Assembly (NCBI GenBank): GCA_030430675.1
Contig: JAUIKU010000001.1
Location: forward strand, 4,152 to 68,151
Direction of reading: 5' to 3'
Length of the DNA stretch: 64,000 nucleotides
DNA from: Bacteroidia bacterium
GTDB lineage: Bacteria; Bacteroidota; Bacteroidia; Cytophagales; Cyclobacteriaceae
Part shown: positions 34,176 through 43,844 of the stretch, piece by piece
Layout of the letters: each line of letters begins with the position of its first letter
Position numbering within the stretch: position 1 is the first letter of the stretch
Program-made: the position numbers and the translations under genes
Notes under the pieces: generated by a model
What the model was told of the DNA's origin: nothing
Database searches by the model: none
What the model saw: the letters and a program-made list of their open reading frames with translations, nothing else

Positions 34176-35752
34176 AAGTGAATAACCTGTACAGGTTGGT
34201 ACTGGGAATTTCCCTGTTGGGAAGTCTGATGCTGGTTCCCTCCTGTAAAAAGCCTAATACCAATTACAACGTATTGTTTATCCTGGTAGATGATCTGGGC
34301 CATAGAGACCTCAGCATTACCGGCAGTCAGTTTTATGAAACCCCCAATGTAGATGCTATCGCCAGGGAGGGCATGGTATTTACCCAGGGGTATGCCGGAT
34401 CCAGGGTCTGTAGTCCCTCCAGGGCTACCCTTATGACAGGGAAGTTTACTGCCCGGCATGGCATTACAGACTGGATAGGGGCCAGGTATGGAGAAGACTG
34501 GAGGCTACACCAACGCCATGATAAATTACTCCCGGCGGCATACAACTCCCATCTCGATCATGCTGAAGTCACCCTGGCAGAAGCCTTGAGATCAAAAGGT
34601 TATAAAACGTTCTATGCGGGAAAATGGCATCTGGGTGATGCGGGTTCCTATCCCGAGGACCATGGGTTTGATATTAATAAAGGTGGATGGGAAAAGGGAT
34701 CTCCTATGGGTGGGTATTTCTCTCCCTGGGAAAACCCCAGTTTACCAAACCACAGTCCCGGTGAGAATTTATCCATGCGATTGGCCCGGGAAACCGCTTC
34801 ATTTATCAAGGAAAACAAAGACTCCGCTTTTTTTGCTGTACTGGCATTCTACGCCGTTCACAGCCCCATCCAGACCACCAGGGAAAAATGGCATAAATAT
34901 CGCCGGAAAGCGGAACAGGCAGGGATAGATTCCACGGGCTTCGACATGGAGCGGGTGCTGCCGATACGAGAGGTCCAGGACAATCCGGTTTACGGAGGCC
35001 TGGTGGAAACTATGGATGATGCCGTGGGGCTGGTACTGGATGAACTGACCCGGCTGGGATTGGATGATAATACCATCGTGGTTTTTACCTCCGACAATGG
35101 CGGTGTCTCCTCCGGAGATAATTACTCTACTTCAAATTTGCCACTTAGAGGAGGAAAGGGCTATCAGTGGCAAGGGGGCTTAAGGGTGCCTTTTTTTATC
35201 CGGGTACCCGGATTGCCAGCCGGTAGCAGCGATTACCCCGTTACCGGTGCGGATTTTTACCCCACGTTGCTGGATTTGTTGGGGTTGCCTTTGAACCCCG
35301 ATCAGCATCAGGACGGGATAAGTGTGAAGTCCGTCATTGAAGGCCAGGAAGACCCAACTCCCAGGGCTTTGTTTTGGCATTATCCGCACTATGGAAACCA
35401 GGGGGGAGAGCCTTCATCTATTGTGTTGGATCATCCCTGGAAGTTGATCCATTATTGGGAAGATAACAGAGTGGAACTATACCAGATTACGGAAGATATC
35501 CATGAGGATCGTAACGTATCGGATCAGTTTCCGGATAAAAGAGACCAGTTATCTCAGCAGTTGGATAACTATCTAAATAGGATGGAAGCCAGTTTGCCCG
35601 ATCCTGATCCGGAATTTGATTCTCTTCAGGCAATCAACAGAAGGCATTATTTAACTACGGAGTGGAAATCCCGGTTGGAAAAACAAAGACTGGGTTTTTT
35701 ATCTCCCGATTTTCAGCCTGACAGTACCTGGTGGGGCAGTGAACCGCAGTAA
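34172..35752 (+). CDS. Sulfatase (formylglycine-dependent), lipoprotein
   Basis: The C-x-P-x-R motif is present (RVCSPSRATLMTGK) with a lipobox-like LMLVPSCKK. Its start overlaps the lactonase gene as ATGA. Confidence 0.9.
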   Translation: MKVNNLYRLVLGISLLGSLMLVPSCKKPNTNYNVLFILVDDLGHRDLSITGSQFYETPNVDAIAREGMVFTQGYAGSRVCSPSRATLMTGKFTARHGITDWIGARYGEDWRLHQRHDKLLPAAYNSHLDHAEVTLAEALRSKGYKTFYAGKWHLGDAGSYPEDHGFDINKGGWEKGSPMGGYFSPWENPSLPNHSPGENLSMRLARETASFIKENKDSAFFAVLAFYAVHSPIQTTREKWHKYRRKAEQAGIDSTGFDMERVLPIREVQDNPVYGGLVETMDDAVGLVLDELTRLGLDDNTIVVFTSDNGGVSSGDNYSTSNLPLRGGKGYQWQGGLRVPFFIRVPGLPAGSSDYPVTGADFYPTLLDLLGLPLNPDQHQDGISVKSVIEGQEDPTPRALFWHYPHYGNQGGEPSSIVLDHPWKLIHYWEDNRVELYQITEDIHEDRNVSDQFPDKRDQLSQQLDNYLNRMEASLPDPDPEFDSLQAINRRHYLTTEWKSRLEKQRLGFLSPDFQPDSTWWGSEPQ

Positions 35753-36310
35753 ATCCGCACCAGCCCAGGTGTGGCCTGAAAGCCTTTTTGCTGCTCCGTT
35801 AATGACTGGTGGCAGCCCATTGCCACTTAAGGCAAAGGTTTTTATCGAGAAGTCTACATCATTTCGCCTAAGTTCACCCAGGTATAAAGTCTTGATATCC
35901 GATTGGTCACGTACGGCTTTTTGCACCGGTCCGGATAAGTATATTCCACCCGGCTCAGCAATAGCCCGCAGCCGGGAAGCAATAATTTCGCAGTCATTTG
36001 AGATCTCACTTTCCTCTTTTTGAATTTTTCCCAGATGAATACCGATACGCAACTCCAAATCATATTCCCTTAGATGTTCCTGAATTTCCAGGGCACAGTA
36101 AACTGCATCGGAAGCTTGGTTGAAAGTACTCATTGCACCGTCACCCACTTCTTTCCACCAATTTCCTTCGAATTCCTCTACCAGGCGCTTTTGAACGGTC
36201 CTGCTCAGCTGCATATCGTTTAGCGCCTTGGTTTCGTTCTTTCCCATCAGGGCACTATATCCAACTATATCTGTGAACATTATTGCAGTCAGATATCTTC
36301 CCTGTGACAT
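35699..36310 (-). CDS. Soluble class III adenylate/guanylate cyclase domain protein
   Basis: It carries AIMFTDIVGYSALMG…EVGDGAMSTF…GIHLGKI. Its 3' end overlaps the sulfatase 3' end by 54 nt (convergent). Confidence 0.75.
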   Translation of the reverse strand: MSQGRYLTAIMFTDIVGYSALMGKNETKALNDMQLSRTVQKRLVEEFEGNWWKEVGDGAMSTFNQASDAVYCALEIQEHLREYDLELRIGIHLGKIQKEESEISNDCEIIASRLRAIAEPGGIYLSGPVQKAVRDQSDIKTLYLGELRRNDVDFSIKTFALSGNGLPPVINGAAKRLSGHTWAGADLLRFTAPPGTVRLKIGR

Positions 36311-36510
36311 GAATATTGGTTTAACTCTTTAATATAAACTATCCGGTACTTAAAAAACGAGCGTCGTACGGGCACGGTATTCGGGATACAGTTCACTTTA
36401 ATACACCAGTTAGTAGTTGGGATTAAAATAGGTAACCCGGGCGCGATGTAAATTTTTTTGTATCTTTTCTAGGTTACTTTTTCCGGTAACAATTACCAAT
36501 CAGTAGCAAC

Positions 36511-37071
36511 ATGTCAGAACAGGAGATATTTGAGAATATTCAAGCGGGTGATAAAAAGGCCCTGGAACAAGTGTATAGATCCAATCGGGAATCAATAATT
36601 AACTGGATTACCAGAAAACACAGTTGTTCACTGGAAGAGGCCAAAGATATATATCAGGACGCCATTGTGATTTTTTACAACAATGCGGTAAAGGGTAAAA
36701 TATCCGAGATCAACTTTAGTATCAGCTCTTATTTACACGAAGTGGTGAGAAGACAATTTTTAAACAAATTAAAGAAAGAGAACCGGATGAGCCGGGGGCT
36801 TTCGGGCTTTTTACAGGCTCCGGAGGCGTCGAATCTGGAAAGCGAACACCTCTTCGAGCAGAAATTAGAACTGGTACACAAAGCGATGCAGGAGATGAGT
36901 GAAGCCTGTAAGCAACTCATTAAACTAAGGTATTATTCCAACATGGACATGCAGGCCATATGCCAGCAGCTGGGCTATAAAAACCCGGATACCGCCAAGA
37001 ATTTAAAGTATAAATGCATGCGCATTCTCAGGAGGAAGGTCAATACCATGACCATGGGAATGCAAATATAA
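36511..37071 (+). CDS. ECF-type RNA polymerase sigma-70 family factor
   Basis: Region 2-like (…DIYQDAIVIFYNN…) and region 4-like (…CKQLIKLRYYSNMDMQAICQQLGYKNPDTAKNLKYKCMRIL) segments are present. Confidence 0.8.
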   Translation: MSEQEIFENIQAGDKKALEQVYRSNRESIINWITRKHSCSLEEAKDIYQDAIVIFYNNAVKGKISEINFSISSYLHEVVRRQFLNKLKKENRMSRGLSGFLQAPEASNLESEHLFEQKLELVHKAMQEMSEACKQLIKLRYYSNMDMQAICQQLGYKNPDTAKNLKYKCMRILRRKVNTMTMGMQI

Positions 37072-37077
37072 CAGCCA

Positions 37078-37860
37078 ATGAAGAGTGAATATATAGATAT
37101 GTTTGATACCTACTTCTCCGGAATGCTCACTGAGCAGGAGCGGATGGATTTTGAGACTAGATTGAAATCCGATTCAAAACTAGATCAGGCATTTCAGGAG
37201 TACAGCCATTTAAGACGAGGTATAGATTATTCCATTATGAAATCCTTGAAAGAAGAACTACAGGAGCTGGAAGCCAGTCTGCCTGAGATCGAACTGGAAC
37301 CAGATGTTAAACGGATCATTAACCGAAAAACCCACGGGCATCGCAACCTGTGGTGGAGAGCAGCGGCAATTATTGTCATCGTGGCGATTTCCGCTACTGT
37401 TCTCCTGTTACAGATGCAGCGACCCTCAAACCCCCAGGATCTTTTCAGCCAGCATTTCGAACCCTATGAAAACCAATTTGTAAGCGCCAAAAGAGGAGAT
37501 GATATAGCTTCTGATCCGTTGGTGCAGGCATTTCAGGCATATGATGCAGGAGACTATGCTGCTGCCGTTGCCGGGTTCGAATCGATCCTGGGGCATGAGA
37601 GGTACCAGGAGGAAAACAACATGCTGCTATTTTTTATGGGTAGTGCACAACTGGCCCAGGATCAAAGTCAGCAGGCCATTATTACTTTCGAACAGTTTCT
37701 GGAGCAATCAGGAGAGCATGTCGCAGAGGCCAAATGGTACCTGGCGTTGAGCTATCTGAATGAAAACAGGGTCGATGATGCTCAAGGCCTGTTGGTTGAG
37801 CTACGGTCAAATGAGAAATATGAAAAAGAGGCTGACAGTATACTGAAGCAGTTGAAATAA
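37078..37860 (+). CDS. Putative anti-sigma factor: single-pass membrane protein with periplasmic TPR-like domain
   Basis: It starts 6 nt after the sigma gene. The TM segment is WWRAAAIIVIVAISATVLLL. The C-terminus has helical repeats (…AAVAGFESIL…AIITFEQFL…KWYLALSYL…). Confidence 0.55.
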   Translation: MKSEYIDMFDTYFSGMLTEQERMDFETRLKSDSKLDQAFQEYSHLRRGIDYSIMKSLKEELQELEASLPEIELEPDVKRIINRKTHGHRNLWWRAAAIIVIVAISATVLLLQMQRPSNPQDLFSQHFEPYENQFVSAKRGDDIASDPLVQAFQAYDAGDYAAAVAGFESILGHERYQEENNMLLFFMGSAQLAQDQSQQAIITFEQFLEQSGEHVAEAKWYLALSYLNENRVDDAQGLLVELRSNEKYEKEADSILKQLK

Positions 37861-37900
37861 TAGTCCAGAGGCACCCTTATTTCCCCTAGAACGTATTAAT

Positions 37901-37920
37901 TTAAGTATTCGAATACTTAA
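37901..37920. promoter_or_regulatory. Perfect 20-bp palindrome TTAAGTATTCGAATACTTAA
   Basis: Read directly. It lies 28 nt upstream of the ATG at 37948 and 41 nt after the anti-sigma stop. Confidence 0.6.
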
Positions 37921-37947
37921 TATCTAACCTTAAAATTTTAAAAAATT

Positions 37948-38424
37948 ATGCCAGTTGAAGCAGATAGTCAGGACTCAAGAGATCCTAATTCTCCCCAGTG
38001 GGGTTATGTAAAAGTTCAGAATCCGGAAGACGGTTTACAATATCCGGCAAAGGATGATAACTGGAATGAGTATGTCATGTTTGTTCATGATCAACAGGTA
38101 ATCCCCATAGAGGGATTTGACCCCAAGCAGGGAAAAGTACCTGCCAGAACAAAACTTGAATGCGTTATGGTTCCGGCTAGCTTGACTATTGGCAGTCACA
38201 AACAGCTAAAACAACAAATAACCAGTGCGATTAACTCCTGCAATCCGGCTGATCAAAGGACTTTGAACGAATTAAATAAAACTTTGGCGTACCTGGAAGA
38301 AAAAGAATTTGATGAAATTTCCATTCCAAGCCGGCAAAAGCAAGAAAAGAATGCATCCGATGATGGCACATTGATACCAGATCGCACTACGCTTTGGGTA
38401 GCCCTGGTGGTTGGGTCAAAGTAG
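37948..38424 (+). CDS. Hypothetical protein (158 aa)
   Basis: The ORF has an ATG start and no recognised family. Its 3' end overlaps the CHAT gene 3' end by 9 nt (convergent). Confidence 0.45.
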   Translation: MPVEADSQDSRDPNSPQWGYVKVQNPEDGLQYPAKDDNWNEYVMFVHDQQVIPIEGFDPKQGKVPARTKLECVMVPASLTIGSHKQLKQQITSAINSCNPADQRTLNELNKTLAYLEEKEFDEISIPSRQKQEKNASDDGTLIPDRTTLWVALVVGSK

Positions 38425-41400
38425 GTTAAGGCCCACCGGATCCTTACGTTTTTTTAGCGCTTTTATTACAACTATCGCTAAGATTAGTGCGGTTAAGGCA
38501 ATTGCCGTAAACAACCAGGTGTTGGATGGTTTCACCACCGGCATTGTGGTTCCATGGACCACCATAGCTGCCCAGTAGTTGGGGTGTGACAGTGCTCCGG
38601 AATTTTCTGATAAGTATTTTAGTTTGGCCCCGCGCAAGGCCTGATCGACGCCCTCACCATTCTTAATTTGATGATAAAACTGTCCCAGGATTTCCGGGGT
38701 AGTTTTATCGCTTATTTTCCACAGGCTCATTACCGTCGTGGGGCAACCTGCGTAGGAGAAAGCTCTGGACATGCTGTAAACACCTTCACCACGGAAATTC
38801 CTTCCGGTCCCTGATTCACAGGCACTTAAAACTGCCAATCGGGCAGTTAGTCTCAAGTTATATAGTTCATAGGTATACAGGGGGTCGCTTTTGTTTTGGT
38901 CGTCAGGGGTCCGAAAAAGTAGACGGTTATTCAAGCGGGAAATAGTATCCGAGATCCCGTGGATAGCCAGATGAACAATGTCGAAGTCCCCGGCCTGGTT
39001 GAGGAACTGTTGTTTGGTTGCTTTCAGGCCTGAAAAAAACTGACCCTGGAGCTGTCCCTTTAAAAGTTCTATTTCTACTGCGGTTCCGGACAATTCGTTC
39101 TTTCCCCGCATGGCCTGTGGGTTGGGGTCGCTATGGCTAAATCCCAGGACTTTTAATTTTTGCCGTTGAGCGGTTGGTGCCATGGCCCAGAGATTAGCCG
39201 AATAGACGTAACTGGTAGAAAAATGATTTACCAGGTAATCCAGTTTGCTGTAGTCGTTATTGGGGCTTACCGGCTGGGTTATCACTAATCCTTCAAAAGG
39301 AATAAAGCGCAAAGGGCCATCAGCGGCGATTACCAGGGCATTACCTTCCAGTTCAATTCCGTAAAACAACTGCTGGTAAAGGTCCTGGGCAGTTTTAACA
39401 TAGTCGCGGAACTGGGATTCCTGGTTGGAGAATTGTGGAGGTGTCAGCAAATGACGCTGATAATCCAAAACCAATTGATTAACCGCTTTTATCGGTTTTT
39501 TGAAGAAGTCAATTTGCTGACCCCGCAGTACTACTGAAAATATGGAGCTGTCACCCCAGAAATAATTTATCAACGTTTGATTCTCTTGCCGGGACTGATG
39601 CTGAATGCGGGACAGATCCAGTAATTCATTTTCTAAGGCAGAAGCATAGGAGGGATAAGCAGCTTCCAGAGATTCCTTAAACTCATCTAGTGCAACAGTA
39701 GCTTCGAACAATTGGTCTTCCAGGTTTCTGATTTTCTGTACGTCCACCGTACTGCTGGCTTTTTCGTTTTCAAGATCCCTGGAAACGGAATCCATCCTGG
39801 ATCTAATGTTATTCTCTAAATGGATTAACGAGTCCGGCACGCCCACCATGCGACTTTGTTGCAAGTCACTAAAAGTATCAAACAGCAGCCTGGCCTTGCT
39901 GCTTTCGATAACAAAAAAAGCTGTTTCCAAATAAGTGTTGCTGCCGGTAAACTTATAAAGGGAATAACACAGGTTTAGGGCTTCTTCGAACAAGCCGTAA
40001 TAATCTTCAGCCATCAACAGGGTGGAGCCTTCCAGCAGGTACAACTGTTGATTTTGATCCATCAACTCCATTGCCAATAGCAACGTTTCCAATGAAAGCT
40101 CAAGCGTCTTCAGGTCTTTATTCGTGGTATAAGTCCGGTGCAATACTTTGCCTTTGCTGTACAGAGCCTGCAACAGGTTACCATCATCATCGTGAGAGTG
40201 CAGTGCTAATGTAGGATTGTCGGAAAGTTTATCACTGATGAATTCAGGACCTGAACCCGCAATTATGGCTTGCTGATGGTAGTATAAGGCAGAATCCAGT
40301 TGTCCCAGGTTTTCATAAAAAGTGCCCTTGGCACGCAAACTGGCAGAGGTTCTGAAATGTTTGGGACCATGGATCCGTTTTCTCAGCGCTATAGCCCGGG
40401 ACAGATAATAGTTAGCGGAATCGTAATGACCCAGTCCGTAATAATTGGTTCCTATATTTTGGTAAGCCAGAATGACCCCGTTCTGATCATTGATTCCGTG
40501 GTAAATTTCAAGTGATTGCTGATAATATTTATGAGCGCTGTGGTAATTATGGGTACTGGTATGGATACTACCAATCGACTGCAAGTAATTCGCCAGATTT
40601 CTTTGTTGAGAAATACTCAACGGTTTATGTTCCTGCAAAAGGTTAATGGCGATCGCATTGTAAGAAAGAGACTTTTCGAATTCATTTTTGTCCTGTAAAA
40701 CATTGGCGATCAGGCTATAACAGCGGGATTTTTTGAATGGGTTATTTTCGAAGAGAGAAAGTGTCTTTAACCCGTAGATCTCCGCTTTTTCCAAATCTCT
40801 CATTCCCCGGTAAGTCGATGCCAGGCTGTAGTAAATGTCGCCAACCGCTGTTGAATTCTCACAGTTAAGGCTGGCCAGTATATCATCCGCTTTTGACAGA
40901 TATTCCAGGGCCTTTAGGTTTTGGTCATCAAATGCCAACATATCTCCAATGCCGCGGTACCCTCTGGCCACATCTATATGATTCTCTCCGAAAAGATCAA
41001 TACGAAGTCCCAAGGACTGGTTGTACTCTGCCAGTGCTTTCTCTTTTTGTCCGTCCCAATCATAGCATATCCCGGTTATAAAATGTACCTCTGCAAGTTC
41101 AGAAGGGTTGTTCCCAAGATGTTTCTCAATGATCTCCAGATTCTCCTGAAGCATAGGGAAGGCACTATCTCTTCGTGAAGTGAATCGTAGACAATCTGCC
41201 CAGCGATTGCGGGCTTTTAGTAACCCTTCCCAATTTTGTTGTTGCTCAAACCTTTCTGCGGCCAACTGATAAAGAGCAAGTGCCTCGGTAAAGCGTTCTA
41301 CACTATATAACCTGTCTGCCTTATCGAGATAGGAATGCCGGTATGAAAGTTCCCAATAATCTGTGCAAGGATCAATGGTATTGGTGACGGAACCATTTAT

Positions 41401-41463
41401 TTGCGAATAAAGAGAAAAAAAATGAAGTGTAAACAGCAGGTTTAATAGTAATAACCGACCCAT
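38416..41463 (-). CDS. Secreted TPR-repeat CHAT-domain (caspase-like) protease with C-terminal TM anchor
   Basis: The signal peptide is MGRLLLLNLLFTLHFFSLYSQ. There are many TPR-like repeats. The CHAT dyad context is FDIVHLAIHG and LAVLSACESGTG. The C-terminal TM segment is WLFTAIALTALILAIVVI. Confidence 0.85.
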   Translation of the reverse strand: MGRLLLLNLLFTLHFFSLYSQINGSVTNTIDPCTDYWELSYRHSYLDKADRLYSVERFTEALALYQLAAERFEQQQNWEGLLKARNRWADCLRFTSRRDSAFPMLQENLEIIEKHLGNNPSELAEVHFITGICYDWDGQKEKALAEYNQSLGLRIDLFGENHIDVARGYRGIGDMLAFDDQNLKALEYLSKADDILASLNCENSTAVGDIYYSLASTYRGMRDLEKAEIYGLKTLSLFENNPFKKSRCYSLIANVLQDKNEFEKSLSYNAIAINLLQEHKPLSISQQRNLANYLQSIGSIHTSTHNYHSAHKYYQQSLEIYHGINDQNGVILAYQNIGTNYYGLGHYDSANYYLSRAIALRKRIHGPKHFRTSASLRAKGTFYENLGQLDSALYYHQQAIIAGSGPEFISDKLSDNPTLALHSHDDDGNLLQALYSKGKVLHRTYTTNKDLKTLELSLETLLLAMELMDQNQQLYLLEGSTLLMAEDYYGLFEEALNLCYSLYKFTGSNTYLETAFFVIESSKARLLFDTFSDLQQSRMVGVPDSLIHLENNIRSRMDSVSRDLENEKASSTVDVQKIRNLEDQLFEATVALDEFKESLEAAYPSYASALENELLDLSRIQHQSRQENQTLINYFWGDSSIFSVVLRGQQIDFFKKPIKAVNQLVLDYQRHLLTPPQFSNQESQFRDYVKTAQDLYQQLFYGIELEGNALVIAADGPLRFIPFEGLVITQPVSPNNDYSKLDYLVNHFSTSYVYSANLWAMAPTAQRQKLKVLGFSHSDPNPQAMRGKNELSGTAVEIELLKGQLQGQFFSGLKATKQQFLNQAGDFDIVHLAIHGISDTISRLNNRLLFRTPDDQNKSDPLYTYELYNLRLTARLAVLSACESGTGRNFRGEGVYSMSRAFSYAGCPTTVMSLWKISDKTTPEILGQFYHQIKNGEGVDQALRGAKLKYLSENSGALSHPNYWAAMVVHGTTMPVVKPSNTWLFTAIALTALILAIVVIKALKKRKDPVGLNLL

Positions 41464-41565
41464 AACAATTGTGAAAAGTGCATAATTTAGAGATTTTAGC
41501 TCCTTGATACAATGACTATCACTCAGAAATAATATATTGTCTCAGCCCCTGATTTAGCGAAGGAT

Positions 41566-42624
41566 ATGAATGCCAAGATCAATTACCGTACGGTAAATTT
41601 TACCACCAACCTGTTTCTTTTCTGCCTGATTGTATTCATTCTGGTAATTGCCAAGAACTTCCTGGTACCCATAGCCTGGGCCCTGCTGATCAGCCTGGCA
41701 TCACTAAGATTCCTGGAACGCATGCATGAAAAGCTCAAAATTAAATGGGGGTTGCTGATATTAATTCACTTGTTGTTGTTGATGATCATTATTCTGGGTG
41801 TGTTAACTTTTCTCTTTGCAGAAGTTAAGTTGATTATTGAGAATTCACCGGAGATTGACCAAAAGATCCAATTGATCGACCAGAATTTCAGAGGCTGGCT
41901 GACCGGGATGGGGGTCGATACCCATGAGATTTACAGCGTTCGGTCCTTGGCCAAGAGATTGTCCGACTTTTCTCAATACCTGGTAGAGTTCGTGGGCAAT
42001 GTGGGTCATGTTTTCGGAGATATCGTGTTGAGCCTTATCTATTCTTTCTTTTTTCTCTTCTACAAGGATGTGTTGGAGCGATTCTTTATAATGAAGTATC
42101 ACGAAGGCAGCAGGTTGAAAAAAATAAAGGGCATAGCCAATAACTCCCTGTCCATCATAAGCGACTATCTTTTTGGAACATTAATTATGACAGTATTGAT
42201 GGGTGTCTTGATTTATGTAATGCTGCTGGCGTTGGGCATCCGGTATGCACTATTCTGGGCGGTGTTTGCCGCGGTACTCAATTTGATTCCCTACATCGGT
42301 AACGCTATTGCATTAATCGCACTGGTGGCTTATGCCCTTTTGACAAAAGACGGTCTGTGGTATCCGGTATTGGCAGCCGGTGCCCTGTTTTTTGCAAATA
42401 CCATACAGGAGAATATACTGAGACCACTGGTAGTGGGAGATAAGCTCAGCCTCAATGCACTGACAGTTTTTATTTCGGTGATTGCAGGAGGCATGTTGTG
42501 GGGCGTTACTGGAATGATTGTTTTCATACCTATTGCCGGAATAATCAAGATTGTCCTGGAAAGCAGGGAGCAGACCAGACCGTATTCCTTGTTTTTTGGT
42601 GAGCCTCAAATACCTGATGAATAA
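41566..42624 (+). CDS. AI-2E family (PerM-like) transporter
   Basis: It is a multi-TM protein of 352 aa with family-typical segments (…NFLVPIAWALLISL…, …LNLIPYIGN…). Confidence 0.75.
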   Translation: MNAKINYRTVNFTTNLFLFCLIVFILVIAKNFLVPIAWALLISLASLRFLERMHEKLKIKWGLLILIHLLLLMIIILGVLTFLFAEVKLIIENSPEIDQKIQLIDQNFRGWLTGMGVDTHEIYSVRSLAKRLSDFSQYLVEFVGNVGHVFGDIVLSLIYSFFFLFYKDVLERFFIMKYHEGSRLKKIKGIANNSLSIISDYLFGTLIMTVLMGVLIYVMLLALGIRYALFWAVFAAVLNLIPYIGNAIALIALVAYALLTKDGLWYPVLAAGALFFANTIQENILRPLVVGDKLSLNALTVFISVIAGGMLWGVTGMIVFIPIAGIIKIVLESREQTRPYSLFFGEPQIPDE

Positions 42625-42734
42625 ATAACCAGGATCAAAATTCAAATCTCTAATCACGCATTCCAAATCCCGAACAAGTTCCGAATTCTCAATCTCAAAA
42701 TATGAGCTATTTTCGGGAAAGAAATTCTTTACCG

Positions 42735-43844
42735 TCAAAATGCTTCGTTTACACCGAAATAGAAGCCGCTGTTATCGTCTTTACCCAAACCAACATCCAG
42801 ACGCAGTACGGTATTCTGGTCTTTGACCAGTTTGAATCTTACCCCGCCTCCCACGCTGGGCTTGAGATCGTCAAAATACTCACCGGGAATTTCGGCTACT
42901 TCACCCACTAAGGCAAACCCTGCCAAAGTCCACCTCGGGTGAAATTTGTGACGGTATTCAGCCTGCAATACATACTGGTTATTATCGATAAACCTGCCCC
43001 TGAAATAGCCCCGTGCTCTTTCTCCACCACCGAACCAGGCCATGGCCTGGAAGGGAACATCTCCAAAGGTACTTTCAGAATATGCCTGCAGTGCCAGAAT
43101 ATTCTTTGCCCCCATCGGAATGTAAGTCCGTAAATCGAATATGAACTTGTTAAAACTGGAAGTGGCACCGAGAATTTCGCTGGAAAACCGGGCATTCAAT
43201 TGCAGAAAGTGGCCCTTGGTAGGGGCTTCTACGATATCACGGCTGTCCAGATTAAAAACTACACCCAGTCCGCTTACTATGGCTTTATCAGCTCCTGGTA
43301 TATCTCCTGTATCCAGCATGCCTCCTTCTTCCACCATGGTTACATTGTGATATTGATAGTGGTACTCAAATCCAAAATTCAGGGATGGGGGTAATCGCTT
43401 CAGGAAGCGGGTCTGCAACTCGAAGGAAGTCATGTCGTAGGACTCCTCATTCTCTTCCGGAGTTTTGTTCCCTATACCCCAAAAACTGTTGGGGAAAATG
43501 CGAAATTTCAAAATGTTATCTAAAAAATAGTTGCCCCGCTCCAGGTATATCTGGGGCTTGGCTTCAAACATGAATTGTTCCTTGGTGGTGTATATGGCGC
43601 TGACAAACATGTTGGAAAGCCTGGCATTGTAAATATTGCTTTTTCTCAACATGAACATCTGTGCTCCTGCTCCAAAACCGAACCCGGTTTCCGGGGTGGA
43701 GAATACCACCGGTAATGCAATGATCCTGAATTTTTTACCCTGACCCAGGGTGTCGAATTGATATACTGCCCCCTGGTCCTGTTGTGCCCTTAAAGTCCCA
43801 TTCAGGCCTGTTATAAAAATCAACAGAAATAGCGCTTTTTTCAC
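42735..43844 (-). CDS. Omp85/BamA-family-like outer-membrane beta-barrel protein lacking POTRA region
   Basis: It has a signal peptide, alternating beta-strand pattern, a terminal …YFGVNEAF and a surface-antigen-like C-terminal half. Confidence 0.6.
   Translation of the reverse strand: MKKALFLLIFITGLNGTLRAQQDQGAVYQFDTLGQGKKFRIIALPVVFSTPETGFGFGAGAQMFMLRKSNIYNARLSNMFVSAIYTTKEQFMFEAKPQIYLERGNYFLDNILKFRIFPNSFWGIGNKTPEENEESYDMTSFELQTRFLKRLPPSLNFGFEYHYQYHNVTMVEEGGMLDTGDIPGADKAIVSGLGVVFNLDSRDIVEAPTKGHFLQLNARFSSEILGATSSFNKFIFDLRTYIPMGAKNILALQAYSESTFGDVPFQAMAWFGGGERARGYFRGRFIDNNQYVLQAEYRHKFHPRWTLAGFALVGEVAEIPGEYFDDLKPSVGGGVRFKLVKDQNTVLRLDVGLGKDDNSGFYFGVNEAF

Noticed and set aside
42313-42738. 141-aa - strand ORF overlapping the AI-2E transporter 3' half
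   Set aside because: It is antisense to a multi-TM transporter gene with a family-typical sequence, so it is likely spurious.
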